64,000 nt of DNA from Candidatus Poribacteria bacterium (GTDB lineage Bacteria; Poribacteria; WGA-4E; WGA-3G): the NCBI GenBank assembly GCA_963665235.2, contig CAXXLX010000001.1, positions 4,000,001 through 4,064,000 on the forward strand. The letters are read 5' to 3'. The translations under genes and the position numbers were made by a program. Below the pieces are notes generated by a model that made no database searches, was not told where the DNA came from, and saw nothing but the letters and a program-made list of their open reading frames with translations. This document shows positions 28,844-38,107 of this stretch, in pieces. The stretch's first letter is position 1. Each line of letters opens with the position of its first letter.

Positions 28844-30115
28844 TTAAAGATTGCGGAGCGCATCCTGATAGACCGCTTGAAGGGGGACATCATTTTTTTC
28901 TGCAAGGGTTTTGCAATCTTCGTATTCAGGCACTGTCTTGATAAGGACTCCGTTTAAATACCCCCGTTTAGCGTGAACGGTGCCCCATTGCGTTTGTATC
29001 TTAATAAAATCACGATGCAGTTTCGCACGGTCAGCAGAATAAAACCTAACGCCAAATGTTGTGGTCTCGGTGAGGAGGAGTTTGATAAGGACATCCCGTA
29101 TACTGGGGGGACAGAGCACATTTATCTGTGTCGCAGGTCTGCCCTTCTTCATGAGAATAGGTACGAGAAAAACATCCAGGGCCCCGTGTTCAAGCAGTTT
29201 ATCCATGACATACCCTGTAATTTCGGGAGACATGTCGTCTACATTGGTTTCAATAATTTCGATGCGGTCGCTGAAACCGATAATGGAGTCCCGCCCAACG
29301 GGCGAGGTGCCGTTGGGTTGAGATGTTCAGGTGTGCGGTTGGTGTTTGGTCGTGTAGGGTGAGAATTTTTCACCGATACAGATTCGTAGAAGGTTGGGTT
29401 GTGCATCTAGGTCACGAGTGCCTGCACCGTACCCGATTCGTTCAAGTGTCATATCCGGCATAACGCCAAAGTCTTCTGCAACCGTTGTGATGAGTGCCGC
29501 GCCGGTAGGCGTGACCAATTCCTTCGGGATGTCGGTCTGGCGAATCGGCACGCCATTTAGGAGCGCAAGAGTGCCAGGGACAGGTACCGGCATCGTGCCG
29601 TGTGCACAGTGGACGAACCCTCGCCCGAGGGAAAGGGGTGAGGCGTAAACAGCGTCAATGCCGAGTTCTGATAAACCGATGACCGAGCCGACAATATCGA
29701 CAATAGAATCGATGCCACTAACTTCATGAAGGTGAACTTTGGTTTTATCGGTGTTATGTACCTTCGCCTCCGCTTCGGCGAGTCGGTCAAAAATGCGTTT
29801 TGCGGTGTCGCGAATAGTTTCATCTAGACTGCTTGCATCAAGGATGTCGAAGATATCCGCGAGGTGTCTACTGGGGCCATGCGTGTGTCCGTGATGGTGC
29901 CCTTCTTGTGCAGTGTCCGCTGTTTCGACAACTGCTTGTGTCCCAGTGATACCGTGTTTTGTGGTTTTTTGAAAGTTGAGGTCAAATTCGGTATCGAGGT
30001 GCAGTTTTGCCAATTCGGCTGTGATTGTTTCGGGGGCAACCCCAGCATCAACGATTGCCCCGAGGGTCATATCGCCGCTGATGCCGGAGAAACAGTCAAA
30101 ATATGCGATTTTCAC
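28844..30115 (-). CDS. larC: Nickel-pincer cofactor nickel insertase LarC, interrupted by one in-frame UGA at 29327-29329
   Basis: YFDCFSGISGDM, His-rich linker, HLHEV..IDSIVDI, ELVTPTGAA; then in the same frame ETNVDDM, MKKGRP, ETTTFGVR, PEYEDC. Confidence 0.88.
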
Positions 30116-30292
30116 TTGCAGGTGTCTCCACTGTGTTAGTTGTGGTTCATTCGCCAAACATTTATGATATACACATAATAACCACAAAAGTCCTTTCCTC
30201 CCCACTTTAGGAATGGGTTGTTGGTTTCCCAAATACTGGGGGGGTTCGAGGGGGTGTATTTAGAACGTTCAAAACCAAATCTAATTACCTAG

Positions 30293-30405
30293 CAGGACTT
30301 ACGCAAATTTAGCAGACCCCTCGTAGGGGCGGGGTTTTCCCGCCCGCTAATCTGCCGCTAAATCCCACTATCATAAGGATTTATCAATGCGCTGCGTAAG
30401 GCCTG
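30293..30405. mobile_element. MITE family D carrying a GTAG REP
   Basis: TIR CAGGACTTACGCA / TGCGTAAGGCCTG; ACCTAG on both flanks; internal GTAGGGGCGGGGTTTTCCCGCCC. Confidence 0.82.
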
Positions 30406-30419
30406 ACCTAGAAAACTAC

Positions 30420-32102
30420 TTAACCCCTTTGAAAGAGTTCTAGGAGGAGATTTCTCGATTCATGTCGCCTGAGTTTTTCGAGTGCGTCAGTTTCAATCTG
30501 CCGGACCCGTTCACGGCTAATCGCAAGTGTTGTCCCAATTTCAGCGAGCGTGTATTCGATACCATCAAGGACACCATAGCGAAGAACAATGACCTGGGTC
30601 TCGCGCGGGGTGAGCGTTTTATTGAGGATTTCTTCTAGAACCTCAATCTTGGAAAAGTTCAACAGCTCAGTTTCGGGACTAACCTGCGTAGTATCTGGAA
30701 TGAGGTCCCGAATGGTCATATCCGGGGATGTCTCCTTAACGGGGGCATCCAAAGAGACAGGTTCTTTGGTAGCTTGCAGGATTTCATCGACCCTTTTCTC
30801 AGTGAGTTCAATCTCCTGCGCGATTTCTGGAATTGTGGGTTCCCGGCCGAGTTTCGCTGTGAGTGAGATTTGCACCTGCTTGATTAGGCGCCGTGTTTCA
30901 CCGATGTAACAAGGCACGCGAATAATTTGCCCTTGCTGATCCAGTGCGCGTTTAATGGATTGCATAACCCACCATGTAGCGTAAGTGCTAAATCTGTAAC
31001 GGAGGGTATGGTCAAATTTCTCAACAGCTTTCATAAGACCGATGCTCCCTTCTTGCATCAAATCGAGAAAGGTTAGCGCGGTTTTGCTAAAGTGGTGCTG
31101 CTTAGCGATGCTGGCGACAAGTCGAAGGTTGGCCTCGACAACTTTCAATTTCGTTCCGTGTGCGCGGTCATCCGCTGCTCCGAATTTTTCGATTAGCGTC
31201 TTGAGGAGTTTGAGGTCCGTGTCAAGAGTTTCCAAAAGAGGGCGGAGCGTTCTTGGGGTCCACCGCGTTTTGGAGGTCTTTCCGATTTTATCTTGTCCCA
31301 TTTCCTCTAAAAGCGTAGGCGGCAGCTTCTCTATCAGCAGGACCATCTCATATTGTATGAGTGTAAAGTTTTCAAGCAAACGGGCCTCATCCGCCAGCGT
31401 TAAAGAGGAGGCTTTAAGCCAGGGCTTCTGCTTGATGTCCGTGGCCAACCGATTTTGCTTCAGCTCGGCAGCGATTACAGCTAATTTTTCAGGCTGTTTG
31501 CGTGTCTCTTCAATGCTGATCTGAATGGCATGCTTGGCATATTCTCGAAACCTACGGTCAAGGGTTGGCATCCAGCTCTCAATCGCTTTGATAATGCCCA
31601 AAAAGCCCGCCTGTATCAGTTCCGGACACAGATTCTCGGATGAGTCCGGACTTTCGACATGTTCTTTAAGAAGGTGTAGGGTGCCAGTGAAGAGCTCGGA
31701 TTTAATCGCTTCCAGCTCTTGCCACCTGGTCTCCAATTTTTGCGATAAATCTTCAACGAGCTGGATTTGTGTCTGAATTTGCTTTATAATAAGGCCGTGG
31801 TCTTTTTGTTCGGGCTCCAAATCTGGTTGAGGTTTGCGGCGACGTTTCGGGGAAAGATTCAGCGAGTTCACAACCCATGCTGGAAGTTGTCTAAAGTACT
31901 TCGTAAAAGTCTGAACACCTTCTTGGTAGTTTTCAAAAAGTGTCCTTTCCTCTTCAGGGGTCAGCAATGGGGTTTTCGATATGGTCTGTAGATACGTGAA
32001 GGTTTCATCTTTTGCTGCGGTAGTGCTGGTGTTTTCCTCTTTTTTCTCCTCAGCAGCAGACATCTCATATTCGACCGGGTCGACAGGGAAAAAGGTTCTC
32101 AT
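30420..32102 (-). CDS. RNA polymerase sigma70 family factor (RpoD-like) with duplicated N-terminal module
   Basis: [56 protein letters not shown]. Confidence 0.92.
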   Translation of the reverse strand: MRTFFPVDPVEYEMSAAEEKKEENTSTTAAKDETFTYLQTISKTPLLTPEEERTLFENYQEGVQTFTKYFRQLPAWVVNSLNLSPKRRRKPQPDLEPEQKDHGLIIKQIQTQIQLVEDLSQKLETRWQELEAIKSELFTGTLHLLKEHVESPDSSENLCPELIQAGFLGIIKAIESWMPTLDRRFREYAKHAIQISIEETRKQPEKLAVIAAELKQNRLATDIKQKPWLKASSLTLADEARLLENFTLIQYEMVLLIEKLPPTLLEEMGQDKIGKTSKTRWTPRTLRPLLETLDTDLKLLKTLIEKFGAADDRAHGTKLKVVEANLRLVASIAKQHHFSKTALTFLDLMQEGSIGLMKAVEKFDHTLRYRFSTYATWWVMQSIKRALDQQGQIIRVPCYIGETRRLIKQVQISLTAKLGREPTIPEIAQEIELTEKRVDEILQATKEPVSLDAPVKETSPDMTIRDLIPDTTQVSPETELLNFSKIEVLEEILNKTLTPRETQVIVLRYGVLDGIEYTLAEIGTTLAISRERVRQIETDALEKLRRHESRNLLLELFQRG

Positions 32103-32340
32103 TTTCTATTCTCCTTATGTGTGCTAGTGCTTCGTTTACTTCGCTCATTTACGACCGGGAAACCGCTAGAAGGAAGCGCGTTCGGTTATAAGGAAACTAT
32201 ATTTACAAAACTCTCGAAGAGTCTTTAGACAATTTTATTAACGCAAATATTTGATAAAAGTTAACAGTAAATACTCCGATGACATCTGCAAACGTTAACC
32301 TATTGTCCTCGGAGCTCATCCCAAAAATTGGAGGCATTTC

Positions 32341-32916
32341 ATGCAGAAAATAACGCAAAACGATGTTATTCAACGCTCATTAGCGGGGGAATCCTTCGCG
32401 AGCGAAAACTTGGCTAATTTAGATTTATCGGACCAATCACTTGTCGGTCTTGACTTTTCATCGGCAAACTTGAGCGGGGCAAACTTGAAAAACGCTGACT
32501 TAACTGACGCGAATTTAAACGATGCAAATCTCACCGGCGCAGATTTGTCGGGTGCAGTACTGCTGCGCACATACTTAGTAGGTGCGAATCTAACAGAGGC
32601 AACGCTAGAGGACGCGAATCTATTTGGCGCGTTCCTCAGTGGGAGCCTTCTATCCGGTACAAACTTCCGTGGAGCAGATTTACGTCGTGCTACGCTTGGG
32701 TGCCCCAAATGTGTTCCTGCTGCCCCATTTGGTGCTCTCACAACTTTCGAGAATGCCAACTTAGAAGAGGCAATTTTCGGTGAAATTAAACTACAAGGCA
32801 TCGTTTTACTCGGCGCAAATTTTAAAGGGGCATACCTCTACGAGGTCGACTTATCCGAAGCGGTTTACCGCGAAGCTGACCTGGCAGGGGCCATTACGAA
32901 ACAGGGGAGGAATTAA
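32341..32916 (+). CDS. Pentapeptide repeat protein
   Basis: A(N/D)LxG repeats. Confidence 0.92.
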   Translation: MQKITQNDVIQRSLAGESFASENLANLDLSDQSLVGLDFSSANLSGANLKNADLTDANLNDANLTGADLSGAVLLRTYLVGANLTEATLEDANLFGAFLSGSLLSGTNFRGADLRRATLGCPKCVPAAPFGALTTFENANLEEAIFGEIKLQGIVLLGANFKGAYLYEVDLSEAVYREADLAGAITKQGRN

Positions 32917-32971
32917 CCTACAACTTCCCACCAGCCACCGAATACACAAAGGCTGCTGTTTACACCGCTAT

Positions 32972-33078
32972 TGGTTTACTCGCCAAACATTTACGAGCTA
33001 TAGAACTCATGTAATACACCCAAAAATCCCTCCCCCCGCCTGCGGGGGTTAGGGGGGGTGGAGCTGGCGAGTAAACCA
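32972..33078. mobile_element. Small inverted-repeat element with internal GC-rich hairpin
   Basis: TGGTTTACTCGCCA ... TGGCGAGTAAACCA. Confidence 0.55.
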
Positions 33079-33273
33079 TTATACACACAAACGGATCGTA
33101 AACCGTAAGCCTAGTGCTCTGTCAAGTCTTATTGGACTATCATAACTGAACAGCAAAACGGGCTTGTCCTTTCATGTCATGAGACGTTAATAATTCTAAT
33201 AAGTTTACAAATCCGTTTATTTTTCATTTTTTTTATACAGCAGTTTTTGCCTATTTGCGTTCGTATTGCAACG

Positions 33274-35148
33274 TTATCTGGCGAGTTGTTGTTCACACAA
33301 TTTTCGGTAGAGTCCACCTTTTTCCAACAACTGCTGATGGGTTCCACTTTCGAGAATTTCACCATTGTTAATGACAAGTATTTTGTCCGCACGTTTCACG
33401 GTTGAAAGCCGATGGGCAATGATAAAGCTTGTTCTGCCCGCCATAAGGTTTGCTAAAGATTCTTGGATGATAGCTTCAGATTGTACATCCAGGGCGGAGG
33501 TTGCTTCATCCAGGATAAGAACCGGTGCATCTTTTAAAATGGCGCGGGCGATGGAGAGACGTTGTTTTTCGCCACCTGATAGATTTCCGCCAGCTTCACC
33601 GATTGGGGTATCGTACCCGTGCGGCATTTCCGTTATAAATTGGTGTGCATTCGCCTTTTTTGCTGCTTCAATAATTGCAGGTTGAGTCGCCTTAGGGGAG
33701 CCGTAACCAATATTTTCTAGGACAGTCCCATCGAACAGAAAGGTATCCTGTGGTACAAGGGCAATATTGCCCCTCAACGATTCCAGCGTGACCTCCGCTA
33801 TCGATAAATTATCGATGAGAATTGTTCCGGTGTCAACGTTATAGAACCGTAGCAATAGATTGAGAAGTGTTGTCTTTCCACTGCCGCTCGGGCCGACGAG
33901 TGCAATAATTTCCCCGGGTTCCACGGTAAAGTTTACATTTTTAATAACAGGTTGCTCCAGATAAGCGAAAGAGACCTCTCGGAATTGAACCGCCCCTTGG
34001 ACGTTCGGCAGTTTGCGTTTTCCATCAGTTTCAGTGCCGGGTTCTGTTTTAAAATCGAGGAGCTGAAAGATGCGCTCCGCCGAGACAAGGCTTTGCTGTA
34101 ACACATTATTAACGCTCCCAATTGTTTTAATCGGCTTGAACATTTGTGCAACCATAACGAAATAACTAACAAACCAGCCGATTGATAACTTCCCCTCGAT
34201 GACCTGCCAGCACCCAAAACCGAAAACGGTTGCACTGCCAATAGCACTTATCCATTCAATGACTGGCGGAAGAAGCGCAGCAAATCGGGCGCGGCGAATT
34301 GCCGAACCGTATTGTCTGGAAGTTACCGCTTGAAATCGTTCCAACTCGGTTGTTTCAGTCGTAAAACTTTTGATAATATTGATACCCGACAACGTTTCCT
34401 TGAGTTGTGCATAGATATCCGAACTCCGCTTCTGAATTTCTGTACTGGCTTTACGGACACGCGCTCCGATTCTTGCAATAAAAAACGCTAGCATCGGCAG
34501 CACCAACATGGCGAAAATTGTCATTTGGAGATTCTGATATAGCATAAAAGCGACGAAAAAGGTGACCTGAATAACAGCACGCATAATTGCGGCGGTCGCC
34601 CCCACCGCTTGCTGCCACATTCGGACATCATCGGTAACACGTGTCATAACGTCACCGGTGCGATGTTCCGCAAGCACTCCAAGGGGAGCTAATACGATTT
34701 TTTCATAGAGTTCATTTCGGATGCGGAGGCTGAGTTTATTTCCGACACGCTCCATCAAAAAATCGTTAGCGTAGGCGAAAAAACCCTTGATAAAAATGAG
34801 GCCGAGGACACCGCCCAAAATTCCAAAAAAGAAGCGCAGAGCCGCTTTCACATCTGTCAATAAAATGTCAATTCCCTCAAAAACGCCTTTAATATGAAAA
34901 AACCGGATTGAAACAGGGTCGGAAGACTGCCTGAAACCTTCAAGCTGCGTGAGTGCGTCAATCGTATCCGCTAAAATCTGAAGGCGTCCAAGTTCGCAAG
35001 CAGTCATGACGAAGGCACAAATCATCGCCAACACAATTGAACCGTTGTAAGGGATTATGTACTGTAAAAATCGAAGAAAGATGTTTTTTTGACGCAAGGA
35101 GTCATCACCTTGACACGAAATGCCGGGTGCTGCGGCCATCTTCTGCAA
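33274..35148 (-). CDS. MsbA-like fused ABC exporter
   Basis: TM domain plus GPSGSGKTT, LSGGEKQR, ILDEATSALD, IAHR. Confidence 0.92.
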   Translation of the reverse strand: MQKMAAAPGISCQGDDSLRQKNIFLRFLQYIIPYNGSIVLAMICAFVMTACELGRLQILADTIDALTQLEGFRQSSDPVSIRFFHIKGVFEGIDILLTDVKAALRFFFGILGGVLGLIFIKGFFAYANDFLMERVGNKLSLRIRNELYEKIVLAPLGVLAEHRTGDVMTRVTDDVRMWQQAVGATAAIMRAVIQVTFFVAFMLYQNLQMTIFAMLVLPMLAFFIARIGARVRKASTEIQKRSSDIYAQLKETLSGINIIKSFTTETTELERFQAVTSRQYGSAIRRARFAALLPPVIEWISAIGSATVFGFGCWQVIEGKLSIGWFVSYFVMVAQMFKPIKTIGSVNNVLQQSLVSAERIFQLLDFKTEPGTETDGKRKLPNVQGAVQFREVSFAYLEQPVIKNVNFTVEPGEIIALVGPSGSGKTTLLNLLLRFYNVDTGTILIDNLSIAEVTLESLRGNIALVPQDTFLFDGTVLENIGYGSPKATQPAIIEAAKKANAHQFITEMPHGYDTPIGEAGGNLSGGEKQRLSIARAILKDAPVLILDEATSALDVQSEAIIQESLANLMAGRTSFIIAHRLSTVKRADKILVINNGEILESGTHQQLLEKGGLYRKLCEQQLAR

Positions 35149-35177
35149 GATGCGGACACAGCTAAGGGGTGCTGTGC

Positions 35178-36311
35178 TTAGAGTCTTCCAGCAAATTGGT
35201 GGTCACCAAACTGGATAACCTGTATTTGCTCAGCAGCGTTTACTTTGCAGCGGATGTTCAGCTTCCGTTCGCGGAAGTTGATATTTTCAATAACGCCGAG
35301 GGCGAATGTGTCCCCGGTGCTGCCGATTAATCCTACTAAACGGTGTCGAAAATAAACAGGGAGTTCCGTTGTAATATGGGCTAGGCTCAAAAAATTTTTG
35401 AGGTTCGTGAGTGCCAATTTAGTCGGTTTTTTCCGGGCGACGAGGCTCAAGGTCCGGTGTCCCCATTCGGCGTGCAGTACTTCAGCTTCAGCGTGCCGTG
35501 TGAGCATCTCTAGTTCCTTGTCGTTGGCGATTCTGCCATTGAAAAACGGGGTACGCGCGCCTCGGAGCTGTTCGAACGGGACTGTTTGCAGTTCACTTTG
35601 AGCGAAGTAAGCCTCAAATCGTGCTTTTCTATTTCTTTTCCGAGCTTCACTACTTTTGGGTCTCACCTGTTTATGCGGTAAAAGGTAGTGAAGTGTGAGC
35701 CAATTTAGCTCGCTATAGCACGCCACAATCCGTTCCATACTGCCGGACCGGCCGAGGCAGATAACGTGATTTGGTCGGAGGAGCTCAATTTTTTGTTGCT
35801 TCAACGTGACAGCGGCTTCTTCACTCACATAGCCTGTTGTATCAATGACAGTGAATTCTGCTCCTGCTTTTTGTGCGGCATCCGCCATCAATCGGGTACC
35901 TGTTAGGACCGGGAGTAGGTTACGCTGCGGTGTTATTGCTCCGGCAAAGTAAAAAGCATCAACTTCTTGATTAAGGTGTTGACTCGGGGGTTTTCCGGGG
36001 GCAGGTGTCTTTTGGGGTAAAGCACCAGCACCCTCCTCCGCAACCGACGTTTTATCTTCAGACCCATCAGTTGGAGCTGGCTCAAAAAGTTTCATGCCAA
36101 TTGTAGTTGGCGGGCCAATTTGGGATTGTCCGATGTCCGCATCAACCAAGGCGGTTTTCAACGATTCAGCAGTGGCAAAATCAATCAGGTAACGACAGAA
36201 CGTTGATTTTCCCGTATCCGGGGCACCTATTACAAGGACGCGGTGATGCGGTGCAACGATGCGACTTGCAAGCTGCTTCCAATGATGGTTAATTTTATAT
36301 GTGCGATTCAT
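35178..36311 (-). CDS. Clp1/Grc3-like polynucleotide 5'-OH kinase
   Basis: GAPDTGKST, DADIGQSQIGPP, IDTTG. Confidence 0.85.
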   Translation of the reverse strand: MNRTYKINHHWKQLASRIVAPHHRVLVIGAPDTGKSTFCRYLIDFATAESLKTALVDADIGQSQIGPPTTIGMKLFEPAPTDGSEDKTSVAEEGAGALPQKTPAPGKPPSQHLNQEVDAFYFAGAITPQRNLLPVLTGTRLMADAAQKAGAEFTVIDTTGYVSEEAAVTLKQQKIELLRPNHVICLGRSGSMERIVACYSELNWLTLHYLLPHKQVRPKSSEARKRNRKARFEAYFAQSELQTVPFEQLRGARTPFFNGRIANDKELEMLTRHAEAEVLHAEWGHRTLSLVARKKPTKLALTNLKNFLSLAHITTELPVYFRHRLVGLIGSTGDTFALGVIENINFRERKLNIRCKVNAAEQIQVIQFGDHQFAGRL

Positions 36312-36326
36312 GCCGATATCTCCTTA

Positions 36327-36410
36327 TACCAAATTAACACAATTCGTCTCGTTCCACTCTTCCGCGCCAGCGGAGCGTCCGTGAAGACGATGAATCAGAT
36401 GAATTTGGTA
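36327..36410. mobile_element. MITE family C inserted at the sppA stop codon
   Basis: TACCAAATT / AATTTGGTA; TTA on both flanks. Confidence 0.88.
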
Positions 36411-37277
36411 TTAATCACCAAGGCTAAGTTCATAGCGAAAAGTGACACCGGGCAGACTGAGAATTTCGTCAAATCGGGGGCTCTGATTAATACCTATGAG
36501 CTGTTCAAGTAAAGACTGTTTTCTCTGCTGCCGGATTACTTTGGGCGTTCCATCCACGTTGCTGAGTTTTGCTGCAATCTGTATTGCATCTTGAAGGTTA
36601 CCGAGTGTATCCACCAATTTGTGGCCGTGTGCCTGCTTCCCGGAAAAGATGCGTCCATCAGCAAGTTCGACGACCTCATCCCGGGGGAGATGTGTCTGCC
36701 GCGATTCAAAGATAGCTGCTACAAATTGATTGTAAACATCATCAACGGTGCTTTGTAAGACAGCTTGCTCCGCCTCGGTCAAATCCCGGAAAGCTGAGCC
36801 TGTGTCTTTGAATTGTCCACTTTTAATAACCTGCCGCTTTAAACCAACTTTTTCGTATAAACCGCCCATCTGGATAAACTGCATGATAACGCCAATACTC
36901 CCGGTCAGCGTCCCTGGATTAGCGACAATCGTGTCCGCAGCACAAGCGATGTAATAGCCACCGGACGCGGCGGTTCCACCCATTGAAGCGACAATAGGTT
37001 TCTCCAATTTCTTTAATTCACTGTAAATCTCTTGGACAGGGGCTACACTTCCGCCCGGAGTATTGAGCCGGATAACAAGTGCCTTGATACTCGGGTCATC
37101 CCGATACGCATGGATAAGTTTAATATATGTATCCGATTGTGAGATAACACCGGTGATGTCTAGCACCGCGACTTTCTCCCCAAAGGGTGCTGTCTGAATC
37201 ACTAAGTTCAACAAAAGCACCAAGAAAAAACATACAATGATTACCGCTAAGACAATTAGAACGCGTTTCTTCTTCAT
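36411..37277 (-). CDS. sppA: Signal peptide peptidase SppA (36K type)
   Basis: NTPGG, AASGGYY, TGSIGV, KSGQFKD. Confidence 0.93.
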   Translation of the reverse strand: MKKKRVLIVLAVIIVCFFLVLLLNLVIQTAPFGEKVAVLDITGVISQSDTYIKLIHAYRDDPSIKALVIRLNTPGGSVAPVQEIYSELKKLEKPIVASMGGTAASGGYYIACAADTIVANPGTLTGSIGVIMQFIQMGGLYEKVGLKRQVIKSGQFKDTGSAFRDLTEAEQAVLQSTVDDVYNQFVAAIFESRQTHLPRDEVVELADGRIFSGKQAHGHKLVDTLGNLQDAIQIAAKLSNVDGTPKVIRQQRKQSLLEQLIGINQSPRFDEILSLPGVTFRYELSLGD

Positions 37278-37309
37278 GAGGAGTCCTTCAGAATATGGGG
37301 AGTCTTTTC

Positions 37310-38062
37310 TCAATTCCGCTCCGCACCTGGGATTGATTTAGTTAATCCGTTCTCCAATTGCTCTGTCTTTGCTGGAAAAATGACGACCCAAAAGGTTTTA
37401 ATTAACCATCCTATATCAGATAGGAAGCTCTGCGTTGCAACATAGTGAAGGTCAAGTGCCAGTTTTTTAGGCATGAGTTCAGTTATATAATAGGCCTCTG
37501 GATTCACTTGCGCCTTCAGTTTCTCTTCCTCATTTCGGTTTGCGATTTGCGAAGGCCCAGTAATACCGGGTTTTACCTGTAGCACCTGTTTCTGCGTTTC
37601 TGTATAGTATTGAACATAATTTGGAGCTTCAGGTCGAGGCCCTATTAGGCTCATCTCGCCTCTAAACACATTGATAAGGTTTGGAAGCTCGTCTAGTTTG
37701 GTCTTCCGTAAAAAACTGCCAATAGGGGTTACGCGTGAATCCTTATGCGTTGTCAGTCCGCCGCCGAGTTTGTCGGCATTGATAACCATGGTTCTGAATT
37801 TATACATCTCAAAAACGGTTCCATTTCTGCCCACGCGCTTTGCGCGATAAAAAATGGGCCCAGCGGATTGCACCTTAGCGAGACAACTTCCGAGCAGAAA
37901 GAGCGGAGACAAGAGGACCACCGCTATTGTCGACAAAAGGAGGTCAAAACTCCGTTTCCCCCAATTTGTGCCCCTTCGGCAATTGCCTGTTTCAGGCGAT
38001 GCCAGCGGTGCGGTGTCGGAATTCTCCATCTGGTGTGCGTTGCTCGTTATTTGACCCTTCAT
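37310..38062 (-). CDS. Bacterial sugar (phosphoglycosyl) transferase
   Basis: KRSFD, YKFRTM, LDELP, GEMSLIGPRP, KPGITG. Confidence 0.93.
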   Translation of the reverse strand: MKGQITSNAHQMENSDTAPLASPETGNCRRGTNWGKRSFDLLLSTIAVVLLSPLFLLGSCLAKVQSAGPIFYRAKRVGRNGTVFEMYKFRTMVINADKLGGGLTTHKDSRVTPIGSFLRKTKLDELPNLINVFRGEMSLIGPRPEAPNYVQYYTETQKQVLQVKPGITGPSQIANRNEEEKLKAQVNPEAYYITELMPKKLALDLHYVATQSFLSDIGWLIKTFWVVIFPAKTEQLENGLTKSIPGAERN

Positions 38063-38107
38063 ATCCGTGCCTGCCCTGCGGACGCGTCCGCACATCTCTG
38101 TGCTGCT

